This document shows positions 34,930 through 44,207 of a stretch of DNA of 64,000 nt, piece after piece. The stretch is from Chloroflexota bacterium (GTDB taxonomy: Bacteria > Chloroflexota > UBA11872 > VXNJ01). Made by a program: the position numbers and the translations under genes. Location of the stretch: assembly GCA_965249595.1 (NCBI GenBank), contig OZ252242.1, positions 1,871,850 through 1,935,849 on the forward strand, given 5' to 3'. The notes beneath the pieces are model-generated. The model saw only the letters and a program-made list of their open reading frames with translations. It was not told the DNA's origin and searched no databases. Every line of letters begins with the position of its first letter. Positions within the stretch are counted from its first letter, which is position 1.

Positions 34930-35075
34930 CTACAAGGAGAGGCCCCAGTCGGACCCCCGTTTAACGGGGGCCACGAGCGGGGAATGCGGTTCGATTCCGC
35001 AGCGGACGCGCCACCGTGATTGACCGGGTGCTGGGACTGCCAGCTTCCGTCATGAGCCGGGCTACCGGGCCGGGG
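34930..35075 (+). ncRNA. Cobalamin riboswitch
   Basis: GGGAA-TGCGG TTCGATT CCGCA, GCCACCGTGA and GAGCCGGGCTACC match the B12-element core; lies upstream of btuFCD. Boundaries approximate. Confidence 0.85.
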
Positions 35076-35209
35076 TCTTCGCCCAAACGCCGTTCGCGCA
35101 AGCAATCTAGACATTTTTTTCAGATCTCGACGGCCGGGCGCGCCGGCGGCGTTGGCGTGCTCGTCGCCAGGGCTGCAACATGCAAACCCTCCTTCAACCT
35201 CTCTAGGCC

Positions 35210-36151
35210 ATCGCCGGTCGAACGGCATTTCTGCTGACGCTGGCCGGATTTTTGCTAATGGCCTGTTCACCATTCGCCGACCCGGACGATTCAGCGGGTC
35301 AGGGCGAGACAGTCGATTCAACCGGCAAGACCGTTACGGCCCCGCGCGCGCCCGATCGACTGATCTCGCTGGCCCCGTCGGCAACCGAGTTGCTGGTGCT
35401 GCTCAACGCCGGCGAGCTATTGGTCGGAGTCGATGATTACAGTCCGCTTGAGGGCCTCTCCGGCGAAGTCGCCAGGGTTGGGACCTTTCCACCGGATTAC
35501 GAACTGATCGCCAGCTTGGACCCCGATCTGATCATCGGAGCGTTCATTACCCCGGCGGAGCATGTCGACCGCCTGGAATCACTCGGCTTTCCGGTCTTTA
35601 TTGCCGACAGCCGTTCGGTTGAGGGAATTCCGGCAGCCTTAGAGGCCTTGGCCGGCGCAGTGGACCGGGAAGACGCCTACGCCGAGATCGCCGATTCGTT
35701 CAACGACCGAATGGCGGCAATCGCCGACGCCTCGTCAACCGACGGCGACGCGCCGACCATCTATTGGGAGATAGACGCTACCGACCCGGCGCGGCCATTT
35801 GTGGCCGGCCCGGGCTCGCTGGCCAACGACGTTATTCGTTTGGCTGGCGGCGTGAACGTTTTCGCCGATCTGACCGATCCATATCCACAGGTATCGCTTG
35901 AAGCGGTGTTGGCCCGCAATCCCGACCTGATCGTCCTCGGCAACGCCCCCTGGGGCGAGAGCATCGCCACCCTGGGCGGGCGCCCCGGTTGGGCTAGCCT
36001 GCGAGCGATTTCCAATCGCCAGGTCTTGGAGCTGTCCGAATCGCAGGCCGATGCCGCATCCCGGGCCACGCCGGCGATGCTTGACCTGATCGAATACATG
36101 GCCGATTCACTCTCAGCGGCGCAGGTCAAATCATTACCCGCCGCGGCCTGA
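35210..36151 (+). CDS. btuF: Cobalamin/iron-siderophore ABC substrate-binding lipoprotein
   Basis: RLISLAPSATE, LVGVDDYS, LDPDL and EAVLARNPD; lipobox LMAC. Start unresolved because of an in-frame TAG at 35204. Confidence 0.8.
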   Translation: MAGRTAFLLTLAGFLLMACSPFADPDDSAGQGETVDSTGKTVTAPRAPDRLISLAPSATELLVLLNAGELLVGVDDYSPLEGLSGEVARVGTFPPDYELIASLDPDLIIGAFITPAEHVDRLESLGFPVFIADSRSVEGIPAALEALAGAVDREDAYAEIADSFNDRMAAIADASSTDGDAPTIYWEIDATDPARPFVAGPGSLANDVIRLAGGVNVFADLTDPYPQVSLEAVLARNPDLIVLGNAPWGESIATLGGRPGWASLRAISNRQVLELSESQADAASRATPAMLDLIEYMADSLSAAQVKSLPAAA

Positions 36152-37176
36152 TTCTCCCGGCCGCTGCCGCGGCAGCGCTGGTTGCAACGGCGCTGGCGGT
36201 CGCATTTGGCTCGGTTGAATTAGACATCGAAGCCCTGGTCAACGGCTTAGGGATTACCAGCGGCGAACCCGCCGGAGAAGCAGATGCCCGAATCAACAGC
36301 CAGATCCTGCTGCAGATCCGCCTGCCACGGGTAATTGCCGGACTATTGGTGGGCGCCGCGCTGGCCGCGGCCGGGGTCATTTACCAAGGACTGCTTCGAA
36401 ATCCGCTGGCCGATCCTTTTGTGATCGGCGCCTCCGGCGGGGCCGCATTGGGGATCGTGGGTGGTCATTTGCTGCTGGCACTCCTTATCGTGCCGGCCGC
36501 ATTGGGGAGCACGGTCATACCACTGCTGGGGTTCCTCGGCGCCCTGGCCGCGGTCTGGCTGGTCTACCTGCTGGCCAGCGGTCGCCACCAGGTAACGTCC
36601 AGCTCGTTGGTGCTGACCGGATTTGCCATCGGCTCCCTCCTGGGCGCCGCCAATTTCCTGTTGCTGCTCACCGCCCAACCCCTGCGCGAGCGACTGCTTG
36701 AACACTTGAGCTGGATGCTCGGCGGGGTCAAGGTCGTCGGCTGGGCGCCCTTGGTCGTTACCGCTCCGCCCCTGCTGGTGGCTTTGCTGGCGGCCATCCT
36801 GCTGGCCCGTCAACTCGATTACCTGGCCCTGGGGCCGGCCGGGGCAGCTCGCCTGGGGGTCAACATTGCCCACGCTCGGGCCTTGTTTATCGTGCTGGCC
36901 TCACTGCTCACCGCCCTGGCCGTGAGCCTGTCGGGAATCGTGGCCCTGGTCGGGCTCTTGGTGCCCCACGCCGTCCGTCTGCTCATCGGTCCGGCCAACC
37001 GGATGCTGCTCCCAACCAGCGCCCTGGCCGGTGGGGCCTATTTGGTCTTAATCGATTTGATGGCTCGATTCATTTGGCGGCCGACCGAGCTGCCGGTGGG
37101 GATCCTGGCCGCATTGCTGGGAGCCCCGGCCTTGGTTTGGCTTCTCCGGCGGGCTGGTGGATCTTATGACTTCTAG
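36133..37176 (+). CDS. btuC: BtuC/FecCD-family ABC permease
   Basis: IRLPRV, GLLRNPLADP and SLSGIVALVGLLVPH; hydrophobic frame open back to 36085, likely non-canonical start near 36133. Confidence 0.85.
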   Translation: MTRRGLILPAAAAAALVATALAVAFGSVELDIEALVNGLGITSGEPAGEADARINSQILLQIRLPRVIAGLLVGAALAAAGVIYQGLLRNPLADPFVIGASGGAALGIVGGHLLLALLIVPAALGSTVIPLLGFLGALAAVWLVYLLASGRHQVTSSSLVLTGFAIGSLLGAANFLLLLTAQPLRERLLEHLSWMLGGVKVVGWAPLVVTAPPLLVALLAAILLARQLDYLALGPAGAARLGVNIAHARALFIVLASLLTALAVSLSGIVALVGLLVPHAVRLLIGPANRMLLPTSALAGGAYLVLIDLMARFIWRPTELPVGILAALLGAPALVWLLRRAGGSYDF

Positions 37177-37954
37177 GCAGTTGGCCATTTCCGTCAAAGG
37201 GATGCGCACCAAACGCGGGCAATTTGAGCTTGCCGTTCCCAATTTGTCGGTTGCCTTCGGACAGCTGACGGTCTTGGTTGGACCCAATGGTTCGGGAAAG
37301 TCCACGCTGCTCAGGTCCATCGATGGCACCGTGGCCACCGATGGCCACATCGAGTTGGCCGGGCTGCCGGTCGCCGACATCTCCAACCGGCAACGGGCAC
37401 GCCTATTGGCGGCCGTGCCGCAAGAATTTGCGGTGCCGTTCGCCTACAGCGCCCGACAACTGGTCGCCTTTGGACGGGCACCCCATCTGGGGTTGCTTGG
37501 GCAGCTGGGCGCGCAAGACCGGGTTGCCGTCGACGCAGCCCTTTCGACATGCGACCTTGTCTGCTTCGCCGATCGGCCGGTCGGCGATCTGTCCGGCGGC
37601 CAGCGTCGCCGGGTCGCCCTGGCGATGGCCCTGGCTCAGCAAACCCCGATTTTGCTGGTCGATGAGCCCACTGCCCATCTAGACATCGGTCGGGCGCGCT
37701 GGTGCTGGCAGCAACTGGCCGAATTCGCTGCTGCTGGCGGGGCCGTTCTGGCGGCGGCCCACGACTTGGCCGCGGCCGCGGTTTGGGCGGACCGCCTGGT
37801 GCTGCTCAGCGCGGGACAGATCAAAGCGCAAGGAACTCCGACACGGGTCCTCACAGCGGCCAACTTGCGCTCGGTGTTTAAGGTCGATGCCACCTTCGAC
37901 GCGCCCGCTGGCCAACTGATCGTCGGCGATGGCGGGCGATCAACTACGAGTTGA
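37157..37954 (+). CDS. btuD: BtuD/FepC-family ABC ATPase
   Basis: GPNGSGKS, LSGGQ, DEPTAHLD and H-loop motifs. Confidence 0.9.
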   Translation: MDLMTSRQLAISVKGMRTKRGQFELAVPNLSVAFGQLTVLVGPNGSGKSTLLRSIDGTVATDGHIELAGLPVADISNRQRARLLAAVPQEFAVPFAYSARQLVAFGRAPHLGLLGQLGAQDRVAVDAALSTCDLVCFADRPVGDLSGGQRRRVALAMALAQQTPILLVDEPTAHLDIGRARWCWQQLAEFAAAGGAVLAAAHDLAAAAVWADRLVLLSAGQIKAQGTPTRVLTAANLRSVFKVDATFDAPAGQLIVGDGGRSTTS

Positions 37955-39985
37955 AAATTCGGATTCAGAGACCCCGCTGGTGCCGTTGACTACAAAACTG
38001 ACCGTAAATCGATAGCGCGTCGATGGGTCGAGCGGCTCGTGCGGAACAAACGAGAGCGCCCGTCGCCATTGACTGGTCTGCATCGTTCCGGCGATATGGA
38101 CGCCATCGCTAACGCGCACCAAATTGGCCGAATTCCAGACCACGGCATCGCCAACCCGCAATGCGGCGGTAATCGGATAGCCCAATGGACGTCGAATGCC
38201 CGGTGCCGGATCCGGCGATTCAAATCCATCCCAGCTGGTGGGGATGTCACGTGCGCCATCGAAAGGGTGGATGCTGGCGGTAGGTGGTGAACCGGACCGG
38301 TCGGCCTGCAATCCGACGTTAAAGATCGTAACTACGATATTGCCGTCGCTGGCCGTGCCGTAACCCATGTGGACCGCCGATGGATGAAGGAACATGTAGC
38401 GGTGGTAGACGGTGTTAATCGCCCACTCCAAGGTGCGACTGGGAGTGAGCAACCCCGCCACTTCGTCGATCCAATTGAGCTCGTAGCCGGCTGATTTGGC
38501 CCGGTCGAAGATCGTTACCCCCGAATAGTGGGTCAGGCCCGGAATTTCATTGTGGAAATCTCCGCGGTTGGTGATCCAATACTGGGCATGGCTGCTGGCC
38601 GCGGCATTGAGCGGGCCCGAATGCTCAAGATCGATCAGCCCCATCTGCCGGCGCAGCCCGTTGACACGGTCAAGCAGGGCGGCGTCGAGTTCGCTGGGCG
38701 GTTGGAGCGGATCGGGTTGGATGGCTGATATCTCTCCAAGATAGGCAGCCGCCACCCAGCCACCCAATTCCAGCTCGCGCCAGTTGATGCCATCGGCTAG
38801 CACGACAGGTCCAATTACGGTGAGTACCCGCTGGTGCTGGGCGCGTCCGATTACGGTGGCCGAAATAGACGGAAGAGCGCGGATGTTTAAGACGCCGTCG
38901 GGCGTGTTCACCTGCCATTGTTCGCCAGTTACCGGCGTTGCGGTCGGCGTTGCGGTGGGGACCACGGTCGGTTCGACCACCGGGCTGGTACCCGAATCCC
39001 CCGGGTCGGCCGCCAGGTACTGACCGACGACCCATCGGTCACCACCGACCAGTTGCACCCAGGCAAATCCGTCGACATTGACCGTAAGACCGGTCGGAAA
39101 TACTTCCCCTCCGTCGTCAACCGTGTCGACGATTGCGGCGGTGACCGTGGGGCCGGCCCGCACATTCACGTGCGAACCCGGAGTTGCGGCGAACCAGCGG
39201 CCGGCGCCGTACTCCGTTGGCGGCAGTTCGATCGGGTCGGTTGGAGCCTGGGTAGTCGGGATTTGCCCCGGTAGATGGGGTTGGGTTGCCGTTAGCGGAA
39301 AAAGCCCCAGCTGCTTGGCCAAATCGCCCCCGTTGGCCACGGTGACCGTACCGGCCGCCGCCCAAGGGCGATCGCTGGTCCAAAGTTGCAGGACCGCCCG
39401 CTGCAGGCGAATCGCCAATAGCCCTTCGTAAATTTGAACGCTGGATGTCGGCAGGCCATACCAACGCAGGTAGTCGCCTGCCTGAAAGTACGCGTCGGCA
39501 AGTTCCGGAACCCTCGACAACAGCTCGGTGCGACGGGCAATGATCTGGCTCCATACCAGGCCGGCTTCGTTGAATTGTTCCTGCTCCGGGACCAGCAGAT
39601 CGGCCAACGCCTGGTCGTAGCCAAACCGCGACAGGTCATCAAAAACGTTGATAAATACCGTGGTTTGAGAGTCTGGCCGCCATTGAAAAACGGCCTTTTG
39701 CATCGCCTGGGTGACGAATCCATTCCATATAAAGCGGCGTGAAACCGGATAACCCACCGCTTGCACCCCACCGCTGTCGACAAATGCTTGCCAGAAGCGG
39801 GCCTCTCCATCGTCGATGACCGCGTAGCCGTCGAGAGGATCGGCGGTGTCGCCGCCGGTCTGGGTGAAAAACCAACCACCAGCGATCGCGTAGTCTCCGC
39901 TCTGGGCGTCAACCCCGGCCGGCCAGGCCAAAGTCGCCAGCAGTACCAAAAGGGCCGCCAACTGACGCCAAGCTGGCAGCCTCAA
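37940..39985 (-). CDS. Secreted multidomain protein: LGFP-like, two SH3b, CAP/SCP and an Ig-like C-terminus
   Basis: Signal peptide ending VDA-Q; VGYPVSRRF; VNVRAGP and LNIRALP; VNGLRRQMGL...LNAAASSHA; likely TTG start at 39985. Confidence 0.7.
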   Translation of the reverse strand: MRLPAWRQLAALLVLLATLAWPAGVDAQSGDYAIAGGWFFTQTGGDTADPLDGYAVIDDGEARFWQAFVDSGGVQAVGYPVSRRFIWNGFVTQAMQKAVFQWRPDSQTTVFINVFDDLSRFGYDQALADLLVPEQEQFNEAGLVWSQIIARRTELLSRVPELADAYFQAGDYLRWYGLPTSSVQIYEGLLAIRLQRAVLQLWTSDRPWAAAGTVTVANGGDLAKQLGLFPLTATQPHLPGQIPTTQAPTDPIELPPTEYGAGRWFAATPGSHVNVRAGPTVTAAIVDTVDDGGEVFPTGLTVNVDGFAWVQLVGGDRWVVGQYLAADPGDSGTSPVVEPTVVPTATPTATPVTGEQWQVNTPDGVLNIRALPSISATVIGRAQHQRVLTVIGPVVLADGINWRELELGGWVAAAYLGEISAIQPDPLQPPSELDAALLDRVNGLRRQMGLIDLEHSGPLNAAASSHAQYWITNRGDFHNEIPGLTHYSGVTIFDRAKSAGYELNWIDEVAGLLTPSRTLEWAINTVYHRYMFLHPSAVHMGYGTASDGNIVVTIFNVGLQADRSGSPPTASIHPFDGARDIPTSWDGFESPDPAPGIRRPLGYPITAALRVGDAVVWNSANLVRVSDGVHIAGTMQTSQWRRALSFVPHEPLDPSTRYRFTVSFVVNGTSGVSESEFSTRS

Positions 39986-40040
39986 AACAAAATTGGTCGT
40001 CTTGATTGGAATCCGGCCACGGCCGACGGATAGGGCACCG

Positions 40041-41072
40041 GTGCAACTGGATCGAACCAATGCGGCAGACGTTGCCGGTCGAATTGGCCGCTTGAAGGGC
40101 GCAAACCGGGCCAGAGTGAGCGATCTATCGGCCGGCGGGGTATCGAATGCGGTCTTCAAAGTCGAATCTGATCATGGTTGTCTGGTGCTTAAACAGCCGT
40201 TTGCAAAACTGCGAGTCGCCGCCGATTGGCACATCGACCGAGTGCGCGTGATCCGGGAGGCGGCTGGCATGCGCGTTTGGTCAACCCTGGTGGACAACTC
40301 GAGCTGCCCGGCCGTCCTTGGGCTGGATGAATCCAACTACATTTTGGCAATGGGGTGTGCGCCCGCCGATTTCGTCAATTGGAAATCGGCATTGTTGGCT
40401 GGTCGGACAACGATGGTCACCGCCGAAGCTCTGGGGCGCCGGTTGGCCGCCCTACAGCGGGCCAGCGCCGGGCAAGGTCATCTGGCGGACCGGTTTCCGA
40501 ATCACGACACATTCGTGCAGGGCCGGCTCGATCCATACTTCGGCTCCCAGCTGCGATCAAGTCACCCGGAATCGGCAGCCGCCTTGGCTGACCTGACCGG
40601 CCAATTGGGAGGGCGCCAGCATTGCCTGGTGCACGGGGATTTTTCGCCCAAGAACGTGCTGGTCGACTCCGACGGGGCCCCTTTTCTAATCGATTTCGAA
40701 ATCTTCCACTACGGCCATCCAGCCTTCGATCCGGCGTTCATGCTTTCGCACCTGCTGCTCAAATGCCTCCATCTCCCGGCCGCGGCGGCCGATCTGGCCC
40801 AACTGGGCCGAACATTCTGGCGCAGCTATCGTCGCCAACTGAGCGGTTGGATCATTGCCGATCAGGAGGCGGTGACAATACGGTGCCTGGGAGCGCTGTT
40901 GCTGGCCCGGATCGACGGCAAATCGCCAGTCGAATACATCACGACCGACATCGATCGGCAGCGCGTCGTAGATTTGGGGCGGTCCCTGTTGCTGGGCGAA
41001 TGCAACTCAATTGCGGCCGCTTGCGGCCGAACCGAAAACATGTCCGTCAGCGCCCCAAATAAAGGAATCTAA
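40041..41072 (+). CDS. APH/5-methylthioribose-kinase-like phosphotransferase
   Basis: GGVSN, VLKQ, HGDFSPKN and IDFE...GHPAFD; GTG start at 40041. Confidence 0.8.
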   Translation: MQLDRTNAADVAGRIGRLKGANRARVSDLSAGGVSNAVFKVESDHGCLVLKQPFAKLRVAADWHIDRVRVIREAAGMRVWSTLVDNSSCPAVLGLDESNYILAMGCAPADFVNWKSALLAGRTTMVTAEALGRRLAALQRASAGQGHLADRFPNHDTFVQGRLDPYFGSQLRSSHPESAAALADLTGQLGGRQHCLVHGDFSPKNVLVDSDGAPFLIDFEIFHYGHPAFDPAFMLSHLLLKCLHLPAAAADLAQLGRTFWRSYRRQLSGWIIADQEAVTIRCLGALLLARIDGKSPVEYITTDIDRQRVVDLGRSLLLGECNSIAAACGRTENMSVSAPNKGI

Positions 41073-42346
41073 TGCCGATCATTCACTCGATCCATGCCCG
41101 CGAAGTGCTCGATTCGCGCGGGCTGCCGACGGTCGAGGTCGATTTGAAATGCGATGGCGGATTCGGGCGCGCGATCGTCCCGGCCGGTGCCTCGACCGGC
41201 ACCTTCGAAGCGCATGAATTACGCGACCTGGACCCCGGTCGATACAGTGGGCGCGGCGTACTGGCGGCAGTGGCCAATGTCAACGGCGAGATCGCGTCCT
41301 ATGTGATCGGAATGGACTGCGCCGAACAGGACGAGATCGATCAGGCGCTCATTAACCTCGACGGCACGAATTCCAAGTCGCGACTGGGGGCCAATGCGCT
41401 GCTCGGGGTCTCGTTGGCCTGCGCCCACGCCAGCGCCGATGCCGCTGGCATCCCTCTGTACCGGCAAATTGCCCGACCGGGCTTTGCTCCCAGCCTGCCG
41501 ACGCCGATGATCAACATCATTTCAGGAGGCCTACATGCCGGCGGTCGACTGGATTTTCAGGATTACCTGGTAGTGCCCGGCGGGGCCAGCTCAATCTCAC
41601 AGGCCCTTGAATGGGTAGCCGAAATCCGGGCCGCCGGGGCCACCTTGCTGGAAGAGGGTGGGCACAGCCTGCTATTGGCCGACGAAGGTGGATTCGGGCC
41701 GCGATTGCCGGACAATCGGGCCGCGATCGCCCTGTTGGTGGAGGCGATTGGACGAGCCGGCCTTACACCCGGGTCGCAGGTTGCCATCGCCATCGACGTG
41801 GCAGCCCAGCATTTTGCCAGCACCGACGGATATCGCCTCGCCGCCGAGGATCGCGACATATCAACCGCCGGCATGATCGAGATGCTCTCGCGATTGGTTG
41901 AAGAGTTCCCAATAATCTCGATCGAGGACGGTTTGGCCGAAGACGATTGGGATGGTTGGGCCCAGCTCAATTCGGCCCTGGCCCCGATCCAGGTTCTCGG
42001 TGACGACCTCTTTACAACGAATCTGGCCCGCTTGGAGCGAGGTATCGCCAATGCGGCGGCCAACGCGATTCTGATCAAGGTCAATCAGATCGGCACCCTC
42101 ACCGAAGCCCTCTTAGCACTGCGCCGGGCCCAGGCTGCGGATTTCGCTACGGTTGTCTCGGCCCGATCTGGCGAGACCGAAGACAGCACCATCGCTGATA
42201 TCGCCGTGGCAACCGGCGCCGGCCAAATAAAAATCGGCTCATTGGCTCGTTCCGAACGCGGCGCCAAATACAACCAGCTGCTACGGATAGAAGAACAGCT
42301 AGCCGACGGGCACGGCTACGCCGGTTGGGCGCCGTTCTCGCGCTGA
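41072..42346 (+). CDS. eno: Enolase, atypical variant
   Basis: DSRGLPTVEV, GASTG, DEGGF, GDDL, LIKVNQIG, RSGETED and ER-AKYN; TAATG coupling to the kinase. Confidence 0.85.
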   Translation: MPIIHSIHAREVLDSRGLPTVEVDLKCDGGFGRAIVPAGASTGTFEAHELRDLDPGRYSGRGVLAAVANVNGEIASYVIGMDCAEQDEIDQALINLDGTNSKSRLGANALLGVSLACAHASADAAGIPLYRQIARPGFAPSLPTPMINIISGGLHAGGRLDFQDYLVVPGGASSISQALEWVAEIRAAGATLLEEGGHSLLLADEGGFGPRLPDNRAAIALLVEAIGRAGLTPGSQVAIAIDVAAQHFASTDGYRLAAEDRDISTAGMIEMLSRLVEEFPIISIEDGLAEDDWDGWAQLNSALAPIQVLGDDLFTTNLARLERGIANAAANAILIKVNQIGTLTEALLALRRAQAADFATVVSARSGETEDSTIADIAVATGAGQIKIGSLARSERGAKYNQLLRIEEQLADGHGYAGWAPFSR

Positions 42347-42395
42347 TCGTCGGTCAAGATTGCTCTTCGGCAATCCCGTTGCCAACGGATGGTAC

Positions 42396-42489
42396 TGGCG
42401 GAGGAGGCGGGATTCGAACCCGCGACCCGGCTTTAAACCGGGTAACCGCTTAGCAGGCGGCCGCACTAGACCAACTATGCGACTCCTCC
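42396..42489 (-). tRNA. tRNA-Ser(GCT)
   Basis: GGAGGAG acceptor, GCT anticodon, long variable arm, encoded CCA. Confidence 0.95.
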
Positions 42490-42507
42490 ATCCCCGATTG
42501 CGAGGGG

Positions 42508-42591
42508 CGGAGGGGGTGGGATTCGAACCCACGAACCTCATCGGTTAGTGGTTTTCAAGACCACCGCCTTAAACCACTCGGCCACCCCTCC
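42508..42591 (-). tRNA. tRNA-Ser(TGA)
   Basis: GGAGGGG acceptor, GTGGT-CT TGA AA-ACCAC anticodon arm, variable arm. Confidence 0.95.
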
Positions 42592-42606
42592 CAAAGGAGC
42601 GCCGAG

Positions 42607-42612
42607 ATTATA
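42607..42612 (-). promoter_or_regulatory. -10 box for the tRNA-Ser pair
   Basis: Perfect TATAAT 15 nt upstream of tRNA-Ser(TGA); no clear -35. Confidence 0.5.
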
Positions 42613-42664
42613 GGAAAGCACCCACTTGCGTGCCCGCTTTAATTGGCTAGCGGCGCCGCTTTCC

Positions 42665-43771
42665 TCACCGGCGACGGGCCGCCGCCAAAACCGCCACCGC
42701 CCGCTGAACGCGGGCCGATCGGCGGCCACTGGCCAGGATTGTTATCAGGGCCGACGGTGGTGCGTAGATGGCCGGATCGGTGACCGTGTACAAGACCGCG
42801 CCGGTGGCTCCGACGGCGGCGCCCAGGTGAGCCGGTGCCGAATCGTTGGCGATAAACAACCCGCCATCTTCAAGCAGCACGGCGAGTTCGTCAAATTCGA
42901 GTTGTCCGAGCAAATTGGCGGCCGGATTTCCCAAATTATCAAGAACCTGGGCCACCGAATCGGTGTCGCTGGCACTGCCAACTAGCACCGGCAGTAATCC
43001 GCAGTCGTCGCGGAGGATCCGGGCCACGGCGGCAAACCCGGCCGGGTCCCAGCGCTTGGCCAACATCCGCGAACCGGCATTGACGCCGCCGCCGGGAGCA
43101 ACAACCAAGTAGCCGCTTCGTTCGGCGCCCCATTCGCTCAGCAACGAACGCGCTCGCGCGCGAGACGAGTCAGCGGGTCGATACCAACGCCGAGGAGCGA
43201 GCGCCGAAATTCCCACTTTCCGCGCCACATCGAGATAGATTTCGCTTTCGCGGCGTCGCCGGGCCACCGGGACACGGTGCGTTAGTGAAAAGCCACGTCC
43301 GCCGCTGTCTAGGCCAACCCGCAGCGGGATCCGCGCCAGCAGCGGCAGCAGGGTCATAAGCGGCGATCGGTCCAGCACGAAGGCCGCATCGAATCGACCG
43401 TCTCGCAATGTCGCAGCGACGCCAAACAGTTGCTGCAGGCTGTATGCCCCCGGCGTGCCCACCGGCCCGCAGTCGATAAGCTCATCGACTCCCTCGAGCC
43501 CGGCCGCCGCCGGGCTCGACCAGCTCCCCACCAGCATCGTGATCCGGGCCGAGGGCCAGGCCTGGCGCAGCGAGTACAAAAATGGGCCCGCCATCAGCAC
43601 GTCGCCCAGTGCTCCAGGTTTTATGACGATGAGCCGGCAGTCGCTAGAGGGAATTGAAAATCGGCGACGCCGATTACCGATAAAAGGGATCGCCAGCAGG
43701 CGGCAGACAATGGTCACCGCCAGGTGCCCGAAGGCGCCGCGCAGACGCCTAGTCCATGACCTGCTCAGCAC
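42665..43771 (-). CDS. Glycosyltransferase family 9 (heptosyltransferase-like)
   Basis: GALGDVLM, APGGG...KRW and ANDSAPAHLGAAVG motifs. Confidence 0.88.
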   Translation of the reverse strand: MLSRSWTRRLRGAFGHLAVTIVCRLLAIPFIGNRRRRFSIPSSDCRLIVIKPGALGDVLMAGPFLYSLRQAWPSARITMLVGSWSSPAAAGLEGVDELIDCGPVGTPGAYSLQQLFGVAATLRDGRFDAAFVLDRSPLMTLLPLLARIPLRVGLDSGGRGFSLTHRVPVARRRRESEIYLDVARKVGISALAPRRWYRPADSSRARARSLLSEWGAERSGYLVVAPGGGVNAGSRMLAKRWDPAGFAAVARILRDDCGLLPVLVGSASDTDSVAQVLDNLGNPAANLLGQLEFDELAVLLEDGGLFIANDSAPAHLGAAVGATGAVLYTVTDPAIYAPPSALITILASGRRSARVQRAVAVLAAARRR

Positions 43772-44207
43772 TCACCAACCCGAAAGTGAGTTTGCCGGCA
43801 ACCGCAATTTGGTCACCGATCTTCGCTTCACCAACGCCGCGCCCCACGCTGGACCGCAGACGTTCCACCGTAACGGTCAAATTGAGAAGGTCGCCGGGCC
43901 GCACGATGCGCCGGAAGCGCAGGCCGTCAATGCCGGCGAATACCACCAACTTGCCCTCGTTGGCCGGCGCTGACATGGCCAGGCAGGCACCGGTCTGAGC
44001 CAGCGCTTCGACCAGGAGCACACCCGGCATGACCGGGTTGCCGGGAAAGTGGCCTTTGAAGAAATATTCATCCCCGCGGACCCGGTACTGGGCCACCGCG
44101 CGACGTCCGGGGTCCAGTTCCAAAAGGCGGTCGAGAAATAGGAATGGGTCGCGCTGTGGAATCAGGTCCTCGACCGCCGGAAGGTCGAAAGGTGTTGGCT
44201 CAGACAT
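43749..44207 (-). CDS. fabZ: 3-hydroxyacyl-ACP dehydratase
   Basis: IPQRDPFLFLD, FFKGHFPGNPVMPGVLLVEALAQ and FRRIVRPGD; ATG at 44207. Confidence 0.95.
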   Translation of the reverse strand: MSEPTPFDLPAVEDLIPQRDPFLFLDRLLELDPGRRAVAQYRVRGDEYFFKGHFPGNPVMPGVLLVEALAQTGACLAMSAPANEGKLVVFAGIDGLRFRRIVRPGDLLNLTVTVERLRSSVGRGVGEAKIGDQIAVAGKLTFGLVSAEQVMD

